NCBI GenBank assembly: GCA_964373855.1
Contig: CAYJWL010000004.1
Location: forward strand, 1-45,390
Source of the DNA: an uncultured Candidatus Saccharibacteria bacterium
Lineage (GTDB): Bacteria; Patescibacteriota; Andersenbacteria; UBA10190
Direction: 5' to 3'
Length of the DNA stretch: 45,390 nucleotides
Under the pieces are notes generated by a model. That model ran no database searches, had not been told where the DNA came from, and saw nothing but the letters and a program-made list of their open reading frames with translations. Shown here piece after piece: positions 42,583 to 45,390 of the stretch (positions are counted from its first letter, which is position 1; every line of letters starts with the position of its first letter). The translations under genes and the position numbers were made by a program.

Positions 42583-43404
42583 ATGAAAACGAGCGTATTG
42601 TTCGGGTTGATAGCGATGGTGTCCCTGGCTGCCGGTGTGGCGTTATCTGCTGTTTTTTTATCGGAAGGTGAAGAGGTAGCCGAGAGGGCACCAGCCGAAC
42701 TATCTGGCCCTGTCCCCACCGTAGCCCACACTCTGGCCGACGCTCTCGCTCAGACTGCGCCTGCGCTTTCGCCTACCCCGACCGGCAGTTTGGCCGCGCC
42801 GGTTATCCCCGATGCAGCGGTGCCCAGCCAAGTACCCTTCACCGCCCAAGCTCCCCTCGGTCAATGGTCTGACTCGCGGTATCAGGATGGATGCGAGGAG
42901 GCTTCACTCTTAATGGCCATACGGTGGACGGAGGGAAAGCAAACGATCACAAACCAAGAAGCGAATCAAGTCATTGCCGACATGTCCCAGTTTGAGTTGA
43001 CCAATTACGGAGAGTTCCGCGACCGGTCGGCCGCCGATACCGCTCAACTTATGAAGGATTATTTTAACTATCAGGCGGTTGCCGTTGCCGCCCATGTTAC
43101 CGTGGCAGAAATGCGGCGGGAGTTGGCTGCCGGCAATCTTATCATCGTCCCGGCCAACGGCCGCCTTCTGGGAAACCCGCATTTTACGCCGCCCGGGCCC
43201 GAACGGCACATGGTGGTGGTACACGGGTATGACGCTGCCCGTCGGCAGTTTATTACGAACGATCCGGGAACGCGCTTTGGACGTGATTACCGGTATGCCG
43301 AGGCGACTCTTTTTAACGCCATACGCGATTATCCAACCGGCTACCACGAGCCCATTCCTGGAGTCCAAAAAGTCATGATTGTTGTTAGTCCCGCAGCTAT
43401 CTAG
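42583..43404 (+). CDS. Peptidase C39-like domain protein (secreted or anchored)
   Basis: A signal anchor is followed by VPFTAQAPLGQWSDSRYQDGCEEASLLMAIRW (catalytic Cys context) and HMVVVHGYD (His). Confidence 0.7.
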   Translation: MKTSVLFGLIAMVSLAAGVALSAVFLSEGEEVAERAPAELSGPVPTVAHTLADALAQTAPALSPTPTGSLAAPVIPDAAVPSQVPFTAQAPLGQWSDSRYQDGCEEASLLMAIRWTEGKQTITNQEANQVIADMSQFELTNYGEFRDRSAADTAQLMKDYFNYQAVAVAAHVTVAEMRRELAAGNLIIVPANGRLLGNPHFTPPGPERHMVVVHGYDAARRQFITNDPGTRFGRDYRYAEATLFNAIRDYPTGYHEPIPGVQKVMIVVSPAAI

Positions 43405-43425
43405 AACGTGGCCTGGGGAGGCTGG

Positions 43426-43569
43426 CTAGATCAAAAAATCAAGTGCCACCAAAAACAACACCAGAGCCAAAAGAATCATCCGATATTTTCGGCGTTGCGC
43501 TGCGGCGAAGCGAAATTTTTGATCCGGAACTAAATGGGCGGTGCCTGCCCGATCGATGTTTTTTACCAT
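43426..43569 (-). CDS. 47-aa tail-anchored small membrane protein (below the track cut-off)
   Basis: My translation gives MVKNIDRAGTAHLVPDQKFRFAAAQRRKYRMILLALVLFLVALDFLI. The ATG lies 8 nt after the upstream gene's stop. Confidence 0.35.
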   Translation of the reverse strand: MVKNIDRAGTAHLVPDQKFRFAAAQRRKYRMILLALVLFLVALDFLI

Positions 43570-43577
43570 GGCCGACC

Positions 43578-44114
43578 TTAACGAAGTAATTGAATCGACT
43601 CCTGTTCAAAAGCCTTCGTGATTTTGAGTGATACGGTGGACACTATTTTTTCCGGGCGGAAAATTTGCAAGGTATAATCGCCCGGCTCACCAATCTGCCA
43701 GCAGCAAAACGTGCTGGTGCCCGGAAAAAAATTCACGGTGGTGGGATCTAGCTCAATAATTTTATTGGCCGGGGTGAGCAGCCGGACGTTCAGGGCGTAG
43801 GGTTTAACAACCTCGGGCGAGGTGACAACGCGCAGCGCCAGTTTATCAAGTGTTGTATAGGATGGCAGGATTTTAACCGGCGGATTCGGTGTTTTTTCGG
43901 TCGGCAGGCTGACCGGCGAGCCAACAGTGATTTCCGATATTAAGGTAGGTTTATAATTAGCTAAGCCGTCGGAACGAATACTTGGCTGCAAGGGCTTAAG
44001 CTTCACTGTCAGCACCACGCCTAAAATAGCGGCCAGCGCAAGCACGCTAACTAATATCGCATATCGTTTTTGGCGCGAAGACTGGTAGATATCTTTGGAG
44101 GGTTGGGACAGCAC
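43578..44114 (-). CDS. Membrane-anchored beta-rich protein, function unknown
   Basis: The product has a single TM helix (AILVSVLALAAILGVVLTV) and a ~120-aa extracytoplasmic domain. The start codon is GTG. Confidence 0.5.
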   Translation of the reverse strand: MLSQPSKDIYQSSRQKRYAILVSVLALAAILGVVLTVKLKPLQPSIRSDGLANYKPTLISEITVGSPVSLPTEKTPNPPVKILPSYTTLDKLALRVVTSPEVVKPYALNVRLLTPANKIIELDPTTVNFFPGTSTFCCWQIGEPGDYTLQIFRPEKIVSTVSLKITKAFEQESIQLLR

Positions 44115-44175
44115 AGTTCACTCGGACGGATTATGCATGTATTGTACGCCAACCGCTGTGCGGCGAGAAGCGATT

Positions 44176-44964
44176 CTATAAAAGTTCGCCTTGAACCCCA
44201 GTCCCGCCGGTGGGCGGCAGCGCCGAACTGGCCGCCTCACGGTAGCCGCAATAGGCGCAGTCCTCCCCGGCCGCTGGTGGTTGCTCTGATTTCAGGCAGG
44301 CCTGGATTTGGTGCAGGGCATTTTCGATCCAGCCGGCACTCCCCTTGTAGGGCAAAATACTGATGGCGAACTCCAGATGATTTTGAAAATCATTCCGGTC
44401 AGTTTTGCCATTACAGTACAGGAAATAGCCTGTTTCAGAGACTGTGAATCCATTTTGCCGCAAGAGCCACTGATATACTTCCATCTGACGCTTGTAAGCT
44501 ATTTGCCAGGGTGCATCAATATTTACCGCGCTCTGCTTGCTCGTTGCTTTATAGTCTACGACTATTAATTCCCCTTTCGGGTTGACCCAGACATCGTCAA
44601 CCGCTCCCATTACTTCCAGATTGCTGGGAGTATGCTGGTGGCGGATGCCCTTGAAATTGTTCCGCCACATATCCAGATTCTCGTGCTTGAACGGAATTGC
44701 CTCGATGCTGAATTCTTGCATCAGCGGATGGATTTTCTGGTTAGCGCGATAGAAATCGAATTCTTTTTTAAGAAGCGTATCAACAGCAGAGTTTAAATTG
44801 AAAGGAAAGCCGGGCGGCCGCGATACTCCCAGGCGGCGGTCCAGGTAAAAGCAGCGAGGGCACTCGAGAAACAAGTCAATTTTTGAACGGCTGACCGTGA
44901 AGGGTCTTGAACTGCCCGGCTGGAATAGCCGGCTTGCTTTACCTGATCGAAAGTTAATTGCCAT
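44176..44964 (-). CDS. PD-(D/E)XK nuclease with a Cas4-like four-Cys cluster
   Basis: The product has N-terminal ECPRCFYL, the core GAVDDVWV..GELIVVDYKATSK..QMEVYQ, and C-terminal IQAC...CAYCGY. I moved the start from 45018 to ATG 44964. Confidence 0.72.
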   Translation of the reverse strand: MAINFRSGKASRLFQPGSSRPFTVSRSKIDLFLECPRCFYLDRRLGVSRPPGFPFNLNSAVDTLLKKEFDFYRANQKIHPLMQEFSIEAIPFKHENLDMWRNNFKGIRHQHTPSNLEVMGAVDDVWVNPKGELIVVDYKATSKQSAVNIDAPWQIAYKRQMEVYQWLLRQNGFTVSETGYFLYCNGKTDRNDFQNHLEFAISILPYKGSAGWIENALHQIQACLKSEQPPAAGEDCAYCGYREAASSALPPTGGTGVQGELL

Positions 44965-45001
44965 ATATCTAGAGCGTACATTATTCTGCCGGGTGGTGGG
45001 A

Positions 45002-45028
45002 TAAAAAAATGCGGACATTTTTGTCCGC
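45002..45028 (-). terminator. Rho-independent terminator after the 58-aa gene
   Basis: The minus strand reads GCGGACA-aaaa-TGTCCGC followed by ATTTTTTTAT. Confidence 0.75.
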
Positions 45029-45053
45029 TGTGGCGCGTTGTCTTAAGGAGGGG

Positions 45054-45230
45054 TTAAGATTCGTCAGGCTGCTCCAGATCGTCGGGGTCGTTGGGGAATG
45101 ACACAACAAGACGGGACGGTCCTTGGCTTATTGTGTGTGGCTCGCTGGCTGGTTGCTCTGATTTCCCGTTGTCTTCGCGGTTGTCGGTGGTTCTTTTCCG
45201 TCTGGCGACGAGAGCGGTGGGCCGCGTCAT
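45054..45230 (-). CDS. 58-aa protein with basic N-terminus and acidic C-terminus, likely disordered; function unknown
   Basis: AAGGAGG lies 6 nt upstream of ATG 45230. The product is MTRPTALVARRKRTT...NDPDDLEQPDES. The gene has its own terminator. Confidence 0.5.
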   Translation of the reverse strand: MTRPTALVARRKRTTDNREDNGKSEQPASEPHTISQGPSRLVVSFPNDPDDLEQPDES

Positions 45231-45390
45231 GCACATCCTCCTTGGGATCCTAAAGTACAATAAACTTTCCTGTAGCCGTATTCACACTATATCATACCCT
45301 ATCATACTCTTCAAGGAGTTATGCACACCCAGTAACAATACGTTACAGCCCTCCCCTAAAGGCGGGGCTGTCCCGGCCCTGCATAGCAGG

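Noticed and set aside
1-45390. CRISPR arrays, rRNA genes, transposases, integrases, reverse transcriptases, or recoded stop codons (code 4 or 25).
   Set aside because: I saw no regularly spaced direct repeats and no rRNA signatures. No ORF has DDE, tyrosine-recombinase or RT motifs. TGA clearly terminates well-supported genes (e.g. 5698-5700), so the standard code applies.

Overview
This 45.4-kb window has mid-range GC and uses the standard genetic code (TGA acts as a stop, e.g. 5698-5700). It is densely packed with housekeeping genes. The gene content suggests a small-genome Patescibacteria/CPR-like bacterium; this is inference only. It rests on many wall hydrolases (coiled-coil SLT, M23, C39-like), DUF192, many small orphan membrane proteins and very few Shine-Dalgarno sites.

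Recognised genes:
- lexA (partial, minus strand; the track shows only an antisense ORF there) and an orphan PIN toxin.
- A GT2 / WecA-TagO-like / DUF192 envelope cluster, and a TagA/WecG-like GT26 elsewhere.
- rplU, recR, dnaB, cysS, and a CorA-like protein without the GMN motif.
- A BNR-repeat lipoprotein.
- A CIRCE-controlled hrcA-grpE-dnaK-(membrane protein)-dnaJ operon.
- tRNA-Lys(UUU), aspS, an S41 protease, rplI, pyrG and rpmA.
- An EnvC-like M23 operon, gltX, a NUDIX hydrolase and nrdAB.
- A 2H phosphoesterase and an AMMECR1-like protein.
- priA with degenerate helicase motifs, a second M23 peptidase, a C39-like peptidase, and a stand-alone Cas4-like PD-(D/E)XK nuclease.

I found no rRNA, CRISPR array, transposase, integrase, reverse transcriptase or discrete defence island.

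Most unusual observations:
1. A ~1-kb ORF-free region (19866-20856) between a tRNA-Lys-linked orphan gene and aspS. It holds a consensus TTGACA-N16-TATAAT promoter that reads into RNA-like structures closed by 16-17 bp stems. No known RNA class could be assigned by eye.
2. A window-wide leaderless start architecture: a TAnnnT box sits 6-8 nt upstream of many start codons. In one case two divergent genes have start codons 14 bp apart and overlapping -10 boxes.
3. A PriA in which every helicase/ATPase motif is degenerate.

Several track ORF starts were re-set by reading the sequence.
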